Part shown: in pieces, positions 25,743 to 38,022 of the stretch | Numbering within the stretch: the stretch's first letter is position 1 | How the letters are laid out: every line of letters starts with the position of its first letter | Source of the DNA: Callorhinchus milii | Lineage: Eukaryota | Assembly: GCF_018977255.1 (NCBI RefSeq) | Contig: NW_024704742.1 | Location: forward strand, 35,218,001-35,282,000 | Direction of reading: 5' to 3' | Length of the DNA stretch: 64,000 nt | The notes under the pieces: model-generated | The model's database searches: none | What the model was told of the DNA's origin: nothing | Seen by the model: only the letters and a program-made list of their open reading frames with translations | Program-made: the position numbers and the translations under genes

Positions 25743-28700
25743 TCTTACAATATTGGGATTGATCATAAACCTTTGACATCTTTACTGGGTTATTATCACA
25801 GTATTATTAGGAAATGCCATGAAACCTATAAAGAAGTTAATAAATAAATTGAAAGATCCATATTTAGGTCCCTTAGCACATCCTGCTGCACTGCTGACAA
25901 ATTGCTCCAGTTCAGTTGAATTTCTAATGCTAAAATGATTGAGAACAACCTTGTCAATGTTACTAGCAACTCTTAATCCTCAGTGGCTGCATATTGCCAA
26001 CTTCTGGGAAAAGGAGTATAGGTATCACCAGTTATTATAACTTTTTATAACTTGAGACATGGGGTGAGGCAGTTTACATCTCTGAATGAAGATTACCAGA
26101 TTTATTAATAATAATCCTTGGATTTGTTAATAGTGCCTTTCATGTCGGGAGGACATCCCCAAGCACTTTACAGGATATATTATGAAGTGGAATGACTGTG
26201 TATTTGTGGGCGAGGTATCAGATTCAAAGAACAATGGAATAGCATGACAAGAAGACTCTGGACCTCAATTGTACATTATCCAGACATTATGAATCTACAT
26301 GTATAAAGAAACCCTCATTATATTTTTTGCACTCTCAATGGAGAGAAAGAGGCACTCAAAGATCCTCAGCCCAGTACTATGGAGTCAAACTAAAGACAAA
26401 ATGTTGGGATCTGGAAAATAGACTTGTGAGTTTGGAGTCCAGAAGCAGACAAAGACAAAGTCTGGGTGATTCATTTTACCTTCAAAAATATTGGAAGTAT
26501 TATCTGAATGGTTGAAAATTTGTAGGAAAGTTTTTTAGACAGAAGGTATAGAATTATCTGATTGAGGTGAGAAGGATGTTAAAACTAATCTGGTAATGTG
26601 CTGAAAATCCAGGATTGGGTAAGTAAGTCTATGGATCATTGTGAGAGAGCAAACTAAGAATTCTTTATGAGTTGATACGAATGGAGATGGAGCTGAGGAG
26701 AGGATAGGCAAAATGTATCCTCAAACTGCCAAAGGAATGTGTAAGGGTTTAAGCAGCAGTGGGGGTGAGGTAAGCGTGTAAGTGTGACAAAACTGGAAGA
26801 ATTTGAATGAAGAACCATTTAATGCTGTAAACCCATGTCTGAGTTTATTCAAAAAGTGGCCTGCTACAGTAATTTCCATCAACTTTGGAAGAAAAAATGG
26901 GATAACCTATACAACAGTAAATAACTGGTGTAATTGGCATGTCAGGCATCAGAACAGGTGGTTAGCTAAGTCTTGTTTGCACAGCAACTCATGATACTTC
27001 TACTGATATCCCAGGGTAATTCATTCACTTTAACTCAGGACATGTAGAAAATAAAGTAACACATTAAACATAAATATTACATTACAGGTAGGTCAGCTGA
27101 AAGTCAATATATTTTGCCTGGGTAAGTAATGACTTAAACATTCAAGTGAAATGTCACTTTTGAAAAAAAAAATCTTGTCTGAATGTGCTGATGTTATGGA
27201 TATTATTGTATTTTTTTATCGCAATTAAAATTGCAGCATTTTTCTGTGGTCAACTGACTGTTCTGTGGATGGGGGTCAATTTTTAAAAAAAATCTTCACA
27301 ATTGAATGTTTCTATAATTGAATGTTATGCCATTCAAATGACATTATCATCACGCCAAACTTGTGAATCAATGACTGAGTTGTTATCATCACATTTGTTT
27401 ACAACTGGTTTCATTTTATAATATCTAAATATGCAATTATAAAATGGTGATATTTGCAGTTAGATGGCAGGAAGTTTGCTCCTTTTATTATAGTGTATGC
27501 TATTGATATTATCAGTATTCAAAGTCTGTGTTTCAAAGTCTGTATTTTAAAGTCTATGTAAAATACTGTTCATTTTGATAATCTATTCACAATCCTTGCT
27601 GAGTCTATTGAATCACATATGGCTCAAGAAATGCAGCTTCCAAAACTTTACTTGCAAGGCAGGGAGAGCAGAAATTACCATGGTTTCTAGGATTGATACA
27701 TATGATACCATAACTCTATATGGTCAGTAACATTAGTCTGGTTGGGCATTTTTAATCAATTTTGACTTATAAATTAAGTATAAAATGATGAAATCTCAGA
27801 CAAGAATAAAAGCAACTTGGCCAAGGGACTTGGTAAATACAATACAATTAAAAATTACATTTGTATAGTGCCTTTCACATTGGGAGGAAATCCCAAGGCA
27901 CTGGGTAAAAACACCCTTGGAAGTGTCCATTGGCAGAGGAGAAGATAAATCAAATGGCTTCAAGAAGAGGAGGAAAATTGTAGGAAAAAGAGTGGCCTTC
28001 AAAAAACAATCAAAAAGAATAGTTGTGCTGCACATATATAGCACATTTAAGTGAAATTTCAAACATTTCAAAAGGCACTTGTCAGTGCTTTGTTTTGACC
28101 TAATTGAGCACTTGTGAGTTTTAAATCCATATATTGCTAATAGCTGCATTGAAGTAACATTTATACTACTAATAATAATAATCCTTGTATTTGATAAAAC
28201 GCCCTATCATGTCTTCGAGATGTGTCAAAGCTCTTCACAGAATATACTGTAAAGCGAATTGACTTAAACTTTGTGGGCAAAACATGGCAACCAATTGCAC
28301 ACAGCATGGATGCTTAGAGTGTTGAAAGAAGAAGGAAAAGATGGCAGAAGATAGCAAGGGTCTGCCAAAGGGAAGATATGTTTTATTTCATCAGATACAA
28401 CATTTTAAAAAGCAATGCATTTTCCAATGACAAACCTTATCCCTTCGGGCACGAGACCTCTCACAGATTGCTTTTAATTAATTGAAGTGTAGTGGCATAG
28501 CACCAGGTCTTAAAACCAATGTTGTAGAAATCTCTCATTGCTGGCTCTGGAATTAAATCCCATGTCTGGCACTTGTAGTGCTAATTTGGAACCTTAAATT
28601 TGCTCCAGTGCAGGAATCCTGGGTGAGGTACCTAAGGGTGACCAGTGTGTGTGGAACCGTTTATAATAAAACACAATTTTAAATTCCATTGTAAAACTCT

Positions 28701-29589
28701 GTGGCCATAACAAAAGCAAATTTTAGTTTTTAATTGGGTCTGGAAATATAAAATAGGGCGCACTGTCTCTTTATATCTTATTATTTTCAATGTAGAGGCA
28801 TCCTTTCACTTGCGTGAGGAGGGATAAGACTTATGGAAAATTAAATGAAGTATGAATAGCTGTATGACAGAAGAAAATTACCACCTTTAAAATCACATAT
28901 TTGTAAAGATTATTCCTCTTGAACATGAACAATTTCCTTACACTTGACCCCTTTCCATTGCCTTTTCCATGCTTGAACTCTCCTTGAACTTTTAAGATCC
29001 ATCTAGAGAGTGCGATATTGCCATCTCTTTTGCATCTGGTTATTTTAGCTCCAATTTGCAGCCTAATATGGCAATTACCTTGATATATTGCACAAGTCAC
29101 CCTAGGTGGATTAGTATATTGGATCAGCACATTTATGTAAGGAAGTACCTGATGGAGAATCTGGCTGGGGTTTTAAATGACCTGATTAAAAACAGTTTTC
29201 CCAGCAAGAGCCAACCATGTGCTTTCCTTTCTTAGTACTTAAACAAATAGCTCACAGACAATGATACCCAGCACTTGAACTGCACTTCAGGAGGATGCAA
29301 AAATGATTCCAGGATTGGTGTTGTTTATTCCCCTCCCCACCCCTTCATTGACATATATCTTCTATAAGTTTCCCTTTCATTTATTCTTCTAAATCTTCTC
29401 TCTCTGCAGCCTTTTGAAGCCCAGAAGTCAGAGCAAACAGGGCTGTGCATATCTCCACCGCACTTCTGCTGACAATGAGGGTTCGGGGGCCTAAATGTAA
29501 TTATTAACAGGTATTCGGGGGCCTAAATGCAATTATTAAGTTGTATATCAAATGCAAGGATGTACGACTTTGGGAAGACATCTCAATGT

Positions 29590-30280
29590 GCTTTTATTTT
29601 ATGGGATTTATTTTAAAGCGTAGTGACTGTATATTTTGCATGCAAATGCCAATTTAGTACACAACATTGTCCCACAAATAGCCATGAAGTGACTCACCAA
29701 TTTTATCACGAGATTGTTGGCCACGACACTGGGAGAAACTCCCTTCTCTTTTCAAAAAGTGTCAAGAGACCATTATTGTCCATCTAAACAGGCAGATAGG
29801 TTTAACATTTCATTTGAAGGGCAGTGCAACACTCCCAGCACTGTATTGGAGTGTCAGCCTGGAATATCAGCCTGAACCCAAATCCTTCTGAGCCTTAGGT
29901 GAGAGTGAGCCAGGCTGACACTTGATTAAGTATTGAACATGAATTATAGAAATCTTTGCATTTGATAAAATGCACTTTATGTCAAAACATCTCAGAGTAC
30001 TTCACGTAGTTTCTCTAAAATGCAGGGATTGAATTTGTAGGCAAATGAAGCAGCCAATTTGGGAAAAGCAAAGACTTTTTTTCTGGGGAATTGTTGTCTA
30101 GGAAACCAGGAGAAAATCCCTTGGACATTTTTCTTAAATATTTTCGCTGGATTTTAAGGTCCACCTGAATAGACAGAAGGGACTTTGGTTTAATGTCTGA
30201 TTCGATATAGATCACCTCCGACAACGCAGTGCTTCCCAGCACTATAATGGAGTGTCAGCCTGAACAATGAGTTCAAAGTC
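29590..30280 (-). mobile_element. Two tandem diverged Deu-domain SINEs (~29590-29921 and ~29950-30280)
   Basis: Repeated ggagtgtcagcctg, ctcccagcact and gtccacctgaa/gtccatctaaa motifs. Confidence 0.75.
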
Positions 30281-30849
30281 ATGGAAATTAATTCAGTGGA
30301 TGTACAGGAGGCAAACTTCTACCTCCCCCTCACATTGTTCTCAATACCGATGGAGAGATAAGTAGCTGGTGCTGAAGCTCTGCACCTCCAACTGGTGGAA
30401 GCATTGCTGAACGGGTGGGGATTTGTATCCAAGCTGTGGACAGGAATATAATGCCAATGCTCTCTTGCATTTCACCCTGAGCTATTCTGCTCACCAGGAA
30501 ACTCGCAAGGAGTTCCTGGTACCTGTTAATTTACCTAGTGAATCTCAAACCTGCACCTGTCGGATGTCAAATGACCAACTGGTGACTAACCTCCTTTGGG
30601 AGAGAGCGGGGGGTTCTCTTGAAGCTGAACAGGCATGCATGATAACAGCATGTCAGAATTGAGTCAACCTTCTGTGGTGGTCTCAGTTGTTCAGTTCCTG
30701 ACAAACTTCATTACTGAGATTAGTCAGGAAACTGTCCACCACAACATAATAAAATAATACATTTGCAAATATTCCTTAACACATTCCTGGTACTAATTAA
30801 GACAGGAATGGGTTAAAGAACATTGCAGATTTCAACCCCGATATTTCAG

Positions 30850-31600
30850 GAAGATGGCTAGAATTGTCTGCTGAATAGATTGTGGATTTTGGAGATTATG
30901 CTGATTTTTTTAATGTTCCACAACCAAAGTTGTTATCTGGGCTAGAGGAGAAACATTCAGGTCCAGCTGAGATGAAAAATGTTAGCTAGCAGTTACTCTT
31001 GATGACAAAAGATGTATGAAAGAATTGATGCCTGTGTAAGCAGCTGCCAAGTATGTCAGTCAAACAGAAATATACCTGCTGTTGTTCTCTTCCATCCTTA
31101 GTGATGAGCAAGTAAATTGTGGCAGGGAGTTCACACTGACTTCACTGAAAAAGACAGACAGACAGACAGATGCTTTTATTACTATTGATGCTAACTCCAG
31201 ATGGCCAGAAGTGTTTGCCAAGTCCTCACTTTCCCTTACAAAAAGTGTGGATGTGCTGAAAGCCTTGCTTGCTTCTAATAACTTAAACAAAGAAATCATC
31301 GCACATTATTGACATTTTCATTTTATTGAGGAATTTACAACATTCCTTAAAGTGGTTGGTGTGAAGCAGCCTGAAACTACTTCATAATCTCCAGCTTTGA
31401 ATGATGTTCGCTCAGGTGTTAAAGTGTTAAAGTGATCCTTACAGGCTCCATTTTCTAGAAATACTTTTCTTACAGTATTGACTATAAAACTGATTTGACA
31501 TATACTGGAACAGCCAACATTCCATTGCTACCAAACCACTTGCAGAGTTATTTCTGAATCGACGGGTTTGAAAAACGCTGCTTATGTTAAAACAACTTCA
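30850..31600 (+). pseudogene. Decayed Ty3/Gypsy LTR-retrotransposon pol fragment (integrase zinc-binding and catalytic core regions)
   Basis: With frameshifts and stops reads EEKHSGPAEMKMLASSYS**QKMYERIDACVSSCQVCQ (HPGIxKMKxLARSYVWWP..CxxCQ), LFHP***ASKLWQGVHTDF (PLHPWEWPxKPWQRLHIDF), FITIDANSRWPEVF (LIVVDAHSKWPEV), EEFTTFLKVVGVKQ, YWNSQHSIATKPLAELFLNRRV (YRNTPHSTTGxSPAELFLGRRL). Confidence 0.85.
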
Positions 31601-31697
31601 GGCAAAAGGCAAAGTATTACCAAACCTGAATTGGCTTTATTATCAGCGACCAGCTGACCTGCAAGCGAGAGCACCTGTTTTCAATTATTTTGTTAAC

Positions 31698-32073
31698 AGC
31701 GTCCTGTAGCTTAGTGGTTAGAGCACTCGCCTCACAAGTGAGAGGACCTGGGTTCGATTCCTGGGCAGGGCGAAACGTTAGGCAAGTTTCCTTACTCCAC
31801 ACACCTAACATTAAGTAAGAACCTGGTTGTTAGTTGATTGGCGGGTCGCTTTCCGGGAGTAATAATCTCTTCAAAAAATAATAATAATAATGATAATCTG
31901 ATCACTCACTCCATAACTACTTGTGGGACACTGCTGTGCGCAATTGACTGCTGTGTTTTGCCGAAAAATATACAATCAATTCACTTTACAGTGTTTTCTG
32001 TGAAGTGCTTTGAGATGTCTCAATAATGTGATAAGGCGCTATATCAAATGCAAGGATTATTATTATTATTATT
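31698..32073 (+). mobile_element. tRNA-headed SINE, long variant
   Basis: gtcctgtagcttagtggttagagcactcgcc..GGTTCGATTCC head, extra aagtaagaacctggttgttagttgattggcg segment, (ATT)n tail. Confidence 0.9.
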
Positions 32074-34382
32074 ATGATCCACTGAGGCGAGTCAGTCCTA
32101 GCAACAGAGGGCAGAAGGAGGGAGTAAAAAGATTACTGTTTGAAAAAGTAATTTAGTTTTTGAGACCTGTAATTTCTGAGAGGAAAGTAGAATGCTGATT
32201 TGTTTTTTTAAGAAAAAACGATTGAACTGCTAACAGGAAATCTGTCAATCTTCCCGAAGACAAAGAGCAAATTTAATGACTCCTCCACTGGTGATTGTTT
32301 GGAATTTCAAAACATTTCTTCAGTGGGGTAAGAGTTTGAACAAAGAGACATTTTCAGGAACAGAGAAAAAAGTTGCCACCATATATGTATATAAAGGACC
32401 TTTGGGAATCCAGTTTGCCTACAAAATAGATAGTCACTACACTTTATAGGAACATCCTGTAAAGTGCTTTGAGACGTGAAAGACGCTATATCAAATGCAT
32501 TTGATTAATAATAATAATTATTATTATCGTTGATGATTATTATTAGGGCAACAATCAGAGGAGAACAATGTGCAGAACCTAGTGGGTGCAGGTCGCTAGT
32601 AGTAGACCTATGAAGAGTAAGACTTAAGGGAATTATGTGTTTTTTTTCTACTAGTTGCAATATTCTTTTTATTTTGGAAAACAAGAGAAGAAATCATGAG
32701 CTCTTTCAGAAGTAATGAACTGGAGTAATGTGGCATCGAATACATGAGAAACGTGTTGTCTGTAGACAGAGAAATGTTGTGATCATGAAGATTTAAGATG
32801 ATTCTCAATAGCCATGTGTTTCTGGTGCCCTTTCTGACCATAGTTCCCACAAGCCGTAAAGAATTTATACTAATCCACAGCCCTCAATGTAATCTATGCT
32901 AAATGTGTAAAATAAGACATGTTTAGGTGTTTAGTATTGAATTGACCTTCAGAAGATCCGCTGCACATGTGACCCTCACATGGTAGCTATATTTGAGAAG
33001 CTTTGTGTAGATTAATATGTATTCATATTGTTCATTGTTTTACTATCTTTTTCTAACCCCAAAAGATCAATTAAATTATGAAAGACGAGTTTATCTTGAA
33101 GTATCCTTAATGAATGGAAGGGAAATTTCAGATTGATGAAAGATTAAACCATTTTATTGTCATTTTGTGTTTAATCAACTCTCTGTCCTCTATTCCACAG
33201 TCAAGCATATTAAATTATACTTTGTAACCTTAAAATTCTATTTCTCAGGAACCATTTTGATTAAAGCAAGAATGAAAAACTACCCTGGAAATTATTATAC
33301 AAGTCAGCACATGGAAAAAAATCACATTTGATTTTTCTTCTATACAAACTTGCAAATTAGCATTAAAATTAAATCTGAGAGAACTCACAAAACCTCCAAT
33401 AAACATGACTGTTTATACCTGTATATGTTACAGCCTCCTATTAAATCTCTTACTTGCAGAGTATTTTGGCAAGGGATACAGGGTGATACTTTTTCTGGGA
33501 GGTGGAAAGGACTGATTCCATGTTTTCTATTATCATCACCATTCTCATGTCACAGGATAGAGCTCTGACAACACTGAGAAAATGAGCATTTTATTCTGTC
33601 TGCATATTACATTAATACCCCTCAGCTCAACTGGTTCATTTGTCAGCCTTTCACAGATCCCTGTCTTTTTACACCCTGACCTTTTGGTCTGATTAAAAAT
33701 GATCAATGCACACATTTACAATGAGTTGGTTTGCACTCACATCTGAAACCTCGTCCTAGTCACTCATGCAGATAATAACAGTGGTCAAGTCACTTACTGA
33801 CTCAGAGCTTTATTACATCCAGGGGCTGTCAGCGAAATCCTTTTAACAGTCTTTGTCACTCGTGAGGAAAATTGACAGCAAATAGAAATAGGATTAGCAA
33901 TGTAAATAAAGTATAATGCTGATACTAATTCCATTTCAGTGCCATCTCATGCAAGAGGATACGGTTAATGTTTTCTAATTTATTCAGGGAATAACATTAA
34001 TAAAGATTGGTTTGTGTTCCGGTCATTATCTATATTTTGTCTAAAAATATTCATAATTAAAACTTTGCAAACTGAAACAATGCTGCATCACACAGTTCAG
34101 GAATTAATTTGTTTCACTGTGTTCAGCAGTGTAAAAAATAACAAAAACTAAGACCTTTTCTTTTTGCTGGTGTTAAGGAACATTTGAATTAATCTCCCAA
34201 ATGAATTGTAGATGTTTGGTGAAGTAAATTTGAATGCTTTTACAGATTAAGTGCTCAAAATGGAAACAAAGCCATATCTGAACAGCTGCTGTCCTAAGTT
34301 GTGTTTTAACACCGGATTCTATTAGTGATAAAAAGATAATTTATAATTTAATTTAATACAATGATTATAACAATACAATATA

Positions 34383-34635
34383 ACATTGCTTGCATTTGAT
34401 ATAGTATCTTATCACATTGAAATATCTCAAAGCATTACTAATTGAGTTAGTTTGTGGGGCAGAAAGTGAATGAACAATTTTATTTGGAGAATCGTTGACT
34501 AATCTGTTTTCGATTAGTACCATCGGATCTTTAATGTTCACTGAAACAGGCAGATAGAAGCTCAGTTAACATCTTTTCCAAAGGACAGTACCTACAATAA
34601 TGCAGCAGCCCCCAGCACTATAGTGGATTGTCAGA
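34383..34635 (-). mobile_element. Deu-domain SINE fragment
   Basis: ttgcatttgatatag tail; ggatctttaatgttcactgaaacaggcaga; aaggacagtacct. Confidence 0.65.
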
Positions 34636-34888
34636 ACAATGGTACTTAATTTCTATTACGCCTTTCAGCCTCTTGATCTATGTGTTACCTCTCTTTGAGG
34701 TATTTTGACTGCCTTAAAGATTCTGCTGAACACCAGTTTTTATTCAATAACATGCTGCGGTAACAGTTTATCCTTATCAGACAATGCTAATATGTAATTT
34801 AAATGGAGAACAATTCTTCAAGGCATTAATAATCCAGTCATATTTTTTGCATTATAGACCTGAAACTCCACCTGTGGAATTATTTTGT

Positions 34889-35047
34889 CCAAAAATTTAA
34901 GACATCACAGAATTGTAGGAGTTCTTCAATTCAGTTTAAATTTGGATGCCTTCTTTTAACAAATGCAGAAAAACAACTTCCAAATTAAAGCTGAATTTTA
35001 AAAAATCCACAGTTCTGTACAATTTAAATTTTTAAGTCAGAAAGGAC
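34889..35047. mobile_element. Short foldback/MITE-like element
   Basis: cacagaattgtagga..aattcagtttaaatttgga mirrored by tccaaattaaagctgaatt..ccacagttctgt; related copies at 44281, 56965, 16801 and 40500. Confidence 0.6.
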
Positions 35048-35173
35048 TAGATATAAATTCAGACCTATATTCTATGTCAGTGCTTCATATCAGTGTAAGA
35101 ATAAATCATGCTCTGCATTGTGCTAGGCCATGGTTAATATTATTAAGAAGTTATTATTCATGTATTACTTACT

Positions 35174-35498
35174 GGAGTCCTGTAGCTCAGTAGTTAGAGC
35201 ACTTGCTTTGCAAGCGAGAGACCTGAGTTCAATTCCAGGCAGAGGGCGAAACCTTGGGCAAATTTCCTTACTCCACACAGAGCCTAATAATAATCCCTCC
35301 AAAACCAAAACCAATAATTAAATTGGTCATTTTCAATCTACGACTGTTTGTGGGACATTGCTGTGCGAAATTGGCTGCCGCGTTCGCCCACAAATATACA
35401 GTCATTCACTTTATAGTGTGTTCTGTGAAGCGCTTTGGGACGTCCTCCCGATGTGAAAAGCGCTATATCAAATGCAAGGATTATTATTTATTATTATT
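35174..35498 (+). mobile_element. Young tRNA-headed SINE, full length, TSD ttact
   Basis: Nearly identical to 6515-6838, including diagnostic ggcagagggcg and cacacagagcc variants. Confidence 0.93.
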
Positions 35499-35690
35499 AC
35501 TAAATTCAGAAACAACAATGCCTTTGTTAAACAACTCATTCGGTTTATGGCTTTATGTTAGTAAGAGATGTGTGGTTTTCTTCATGGAATTGTCATTGGT
35601 CTAATTAAAATGTGCTCATTCATAACTGTAATTAGCAACAAATTATGCCAAATTATTTTAACCGTACTATACTGTATTTTGGAGTATTTT

Positions 35691-36000
35691 GGAGTCCTGT
35701 AGCTCAGTAGTTAGAGCACTCGCTTTGCAAGCGAGACATCTGGGTTCAATTCCGGGCAGGGCAAAACCTTGGGAAAGTTTCCTTACTCCACACACCTAAT
35801 AATAATTCCTCCAAACAACAAAAATAATAATAAATTGATCATTTTCAATCCACGACTGTTTGTGGGACACTGCTGTGCGCAATTGGCTGCCCCGTTTCGC
35901 CCACAAATATACGGTCAATTCACTTCACAGCATATTCTGTGAAGCGCTTAGAGACATCTAGAAGACATGAAAAGCGCTATATCAAATACAAGGATTATTA
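35691..36000 (+). mobile_element. Young tRNA-headed SINE, full length
   Basis: GGAGTCCTGTAGCTCAGTAG head through aaatacaaggattatta tail. Confidence 0.92.
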
Positions 36001-36198
36001 TGTATTAGAAAGTTTTAAAATTATCTCAGGAGGTCTTATAAGTAATGAGGAAATCTACTGAACTTTGCAAGTGGAACAAATGGAACCAAATAAGATGTGT
36101 TTTAAAAATACACAAACTAAATAACAAAATGACCTATGAGTCAATATAAAAATGTTAATAGATCATTCAACAAGCTATTTGATGGTGGCACTTTGCCA

Positions 36199-36570
36199 TT
36201 AATAATAATAATCCTTACATTTGATATAGCGCCTTATCGTTGTTGAGATGTCTCAAAGAGCTTCACAGAATATATTGTAAAGTATAGTGGCTGTGTAATT
36301 CGTGGGCAAAATGCGGCAGTCAATTGGGCACAGTAGTGTCTCACGTACATAGGCTGAGTGACCAAGTTATTATATTTTTGGAGGGAATTTTGCCCCTGTA
36401 AAGTGAAATGCCAATTGACTAAAAATCTGGTTCCTATTTACTGCTAGGTTAACAGAGGCATTTAACTAGGCAAGCAAAGAAACTTGCCTAAGGTTTCGCC
36501 CAGCCCGGGAATCAAACCCGGGTCTTTTTGCTTGCGAGGCGAGTGCTCTAATCACAAGGCTACAGGGACA
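36199..36570 (-). mobile_element. tRNA-headed SINE, long variant
   Basis: Tail, ggttcctatttactgctaggttaacagaggc CORE-like segment, cccgggaatcaaacccggg B-box region. Confidence 0.85.
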
Positions 36571-37042
36571 CGTGTTACTGTTTTCTCTGTAAAGTCCAAT
36601 ATTGTGTTTGATTAAGAATTCATATCTGTGTAAAAGTATTTTGGAAGTGCTTTAAGTGCTTTGAGGCGTCTTAACAATGTGATAAGGCGCTGTATTAAAT
36701 TTAAAGATTATTATCAGTGCCTTGGGACGTCCTCTCGACATGAAAGGTACTCTATAAATGTAATTTTGTTGTTGTATTATTATTAAGTGAAATCTGTTGT
36801 TGAACACATTGGATGACTATCAATGTGTACATGTGTACTGGACAACTAAGTTCTATCGCCATTATTGTTGTCACTCACAAAATAAAGAGGATCTCTCAAT
36901 TAATAGGTTGAGGTCTAGGTTGTGGTATAAATTGAAGAGTATCAGATATAAATTACCCCCAAAACACTAAAATAAATTAGACATAATCTCCAAAATGCAC
37001 AATCCATTCAGCAGACAATTCTAACATTCTTCTGGTAATATT

Positions 37043-37441
37043 GGGGTTAAAATTTGCAATGTTTCTTAACCCATTTCCTATCTTAATTAGTACAAGGAAT
37101 GTGTTAAGGAATACCTGCAAACGTGTTCCTTTATTATATTGTTGTAAACAATTTCCTGACTAACTTCAGTAATGAGCTCACTCCTCCTGGCCTGTGATCC
37201 ACACAGCCAGTCCTCTTAGATCAGCTTGAGGCAGCCTTGTGAAAAACACACAGGAAACCCATAATACAGTCAGTTTCCTAATCTCAACCAGGGGAATTCT
37301 GCTTTTAACTCAGAGGTACATGAAGGCTCTTTACACCAAGTCTAATTAAGGAACACATTTGCGGGTTTTCCTTCATGTGTTAATTAAGAAAAAGATAATG
37401 AAACAATGAGCAAGCTTAAGCAACAATGCAGATTTTACCCC
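37043..37441. mobile_element. MITE (non-autonomous DNA transposon) with ~27-bp imperfect TIRs and a 3-bp ATT TSD; PIF/Harbinger-like
   Basis: Left GGGGTTAAAATTTGCAATGTTTCTTAA versus right reverse complement GGGGTAAAATCTGCATTGTTGCTTAA; att on both flanks; an inverted copy of the left ~135 bp lies at ~30705-30840. Confidence 0.75.
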
Positions 37442-37587
37442 ATTAAGCGTCAGCCTGGCTCAGTTGGTAGCAATCTTGTATCTGAGTTGTGAGTTCAACT
37501 CCATGACAAAGATTGACAGTCAACATGCCAAAATGTTCCTCAATTTGGCTTCCAGGGGCAACCCAAGTATTGATTGCTGTATTTCGT

Positions 37588-38022
37588 GTCAGCCTGGCTT
37601 AGTAGTAACACTCTAGCCTCAATGTCAGAAGGTTATGGGTCCAAACCCCACTTTGGGACTTGGAATCACATAGTCCAAGATCTCGTTCCACTGCAGTGTT
37701 GGAGGTGAATTGCATTGTCCGAGGTGTCGTCCTTTGGATGAGATATTAACCAAGGTCCCGCCTGCCTCTAAAAGATCCCATGGCACTATTTGAAAAGAGA
37801 AGGGAGTTTCTCCCGGTATCATGGCCAACAAATCCCAGAAATAAAATTGGTCACTCATTCCATGTTTCTTTGTGGTACATTGCTGTGCGCAAACTGGCTA
37901 TCATAATTCGCCCACAAAATACACAGTCAAAACCAATTCACGGTGTATGCTGTGAAGTGCTTTGAGGATGGCTCGGATGACATGATAAGGGGCTATATCA
38001 AATGCAAAGATTATTATTATTA
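37588..38022 (+). mobile_element. Deu-domain SINE, near full length
   Basis: gtcagcctggct head, tgcattgtccgaggtgtcgtcctttggatgagatattaac, aaagatcccatggcactatttgaa, tail gattattattat. Confidence 0.88.

Noticed and set aside
30940..31420. APOBEC-like G-to-A hypermutation of the Gypsy relic (several TGG to TGA/TAG and Gly to Asp/Glu/Asn changes)
   Set aside because: C-to-T changes at expected Pro/Leu codons look similarly common and some TGG codons are intact, which fits ordinary GC-to-AT decay. A family consensus would be needed to test strand bias.
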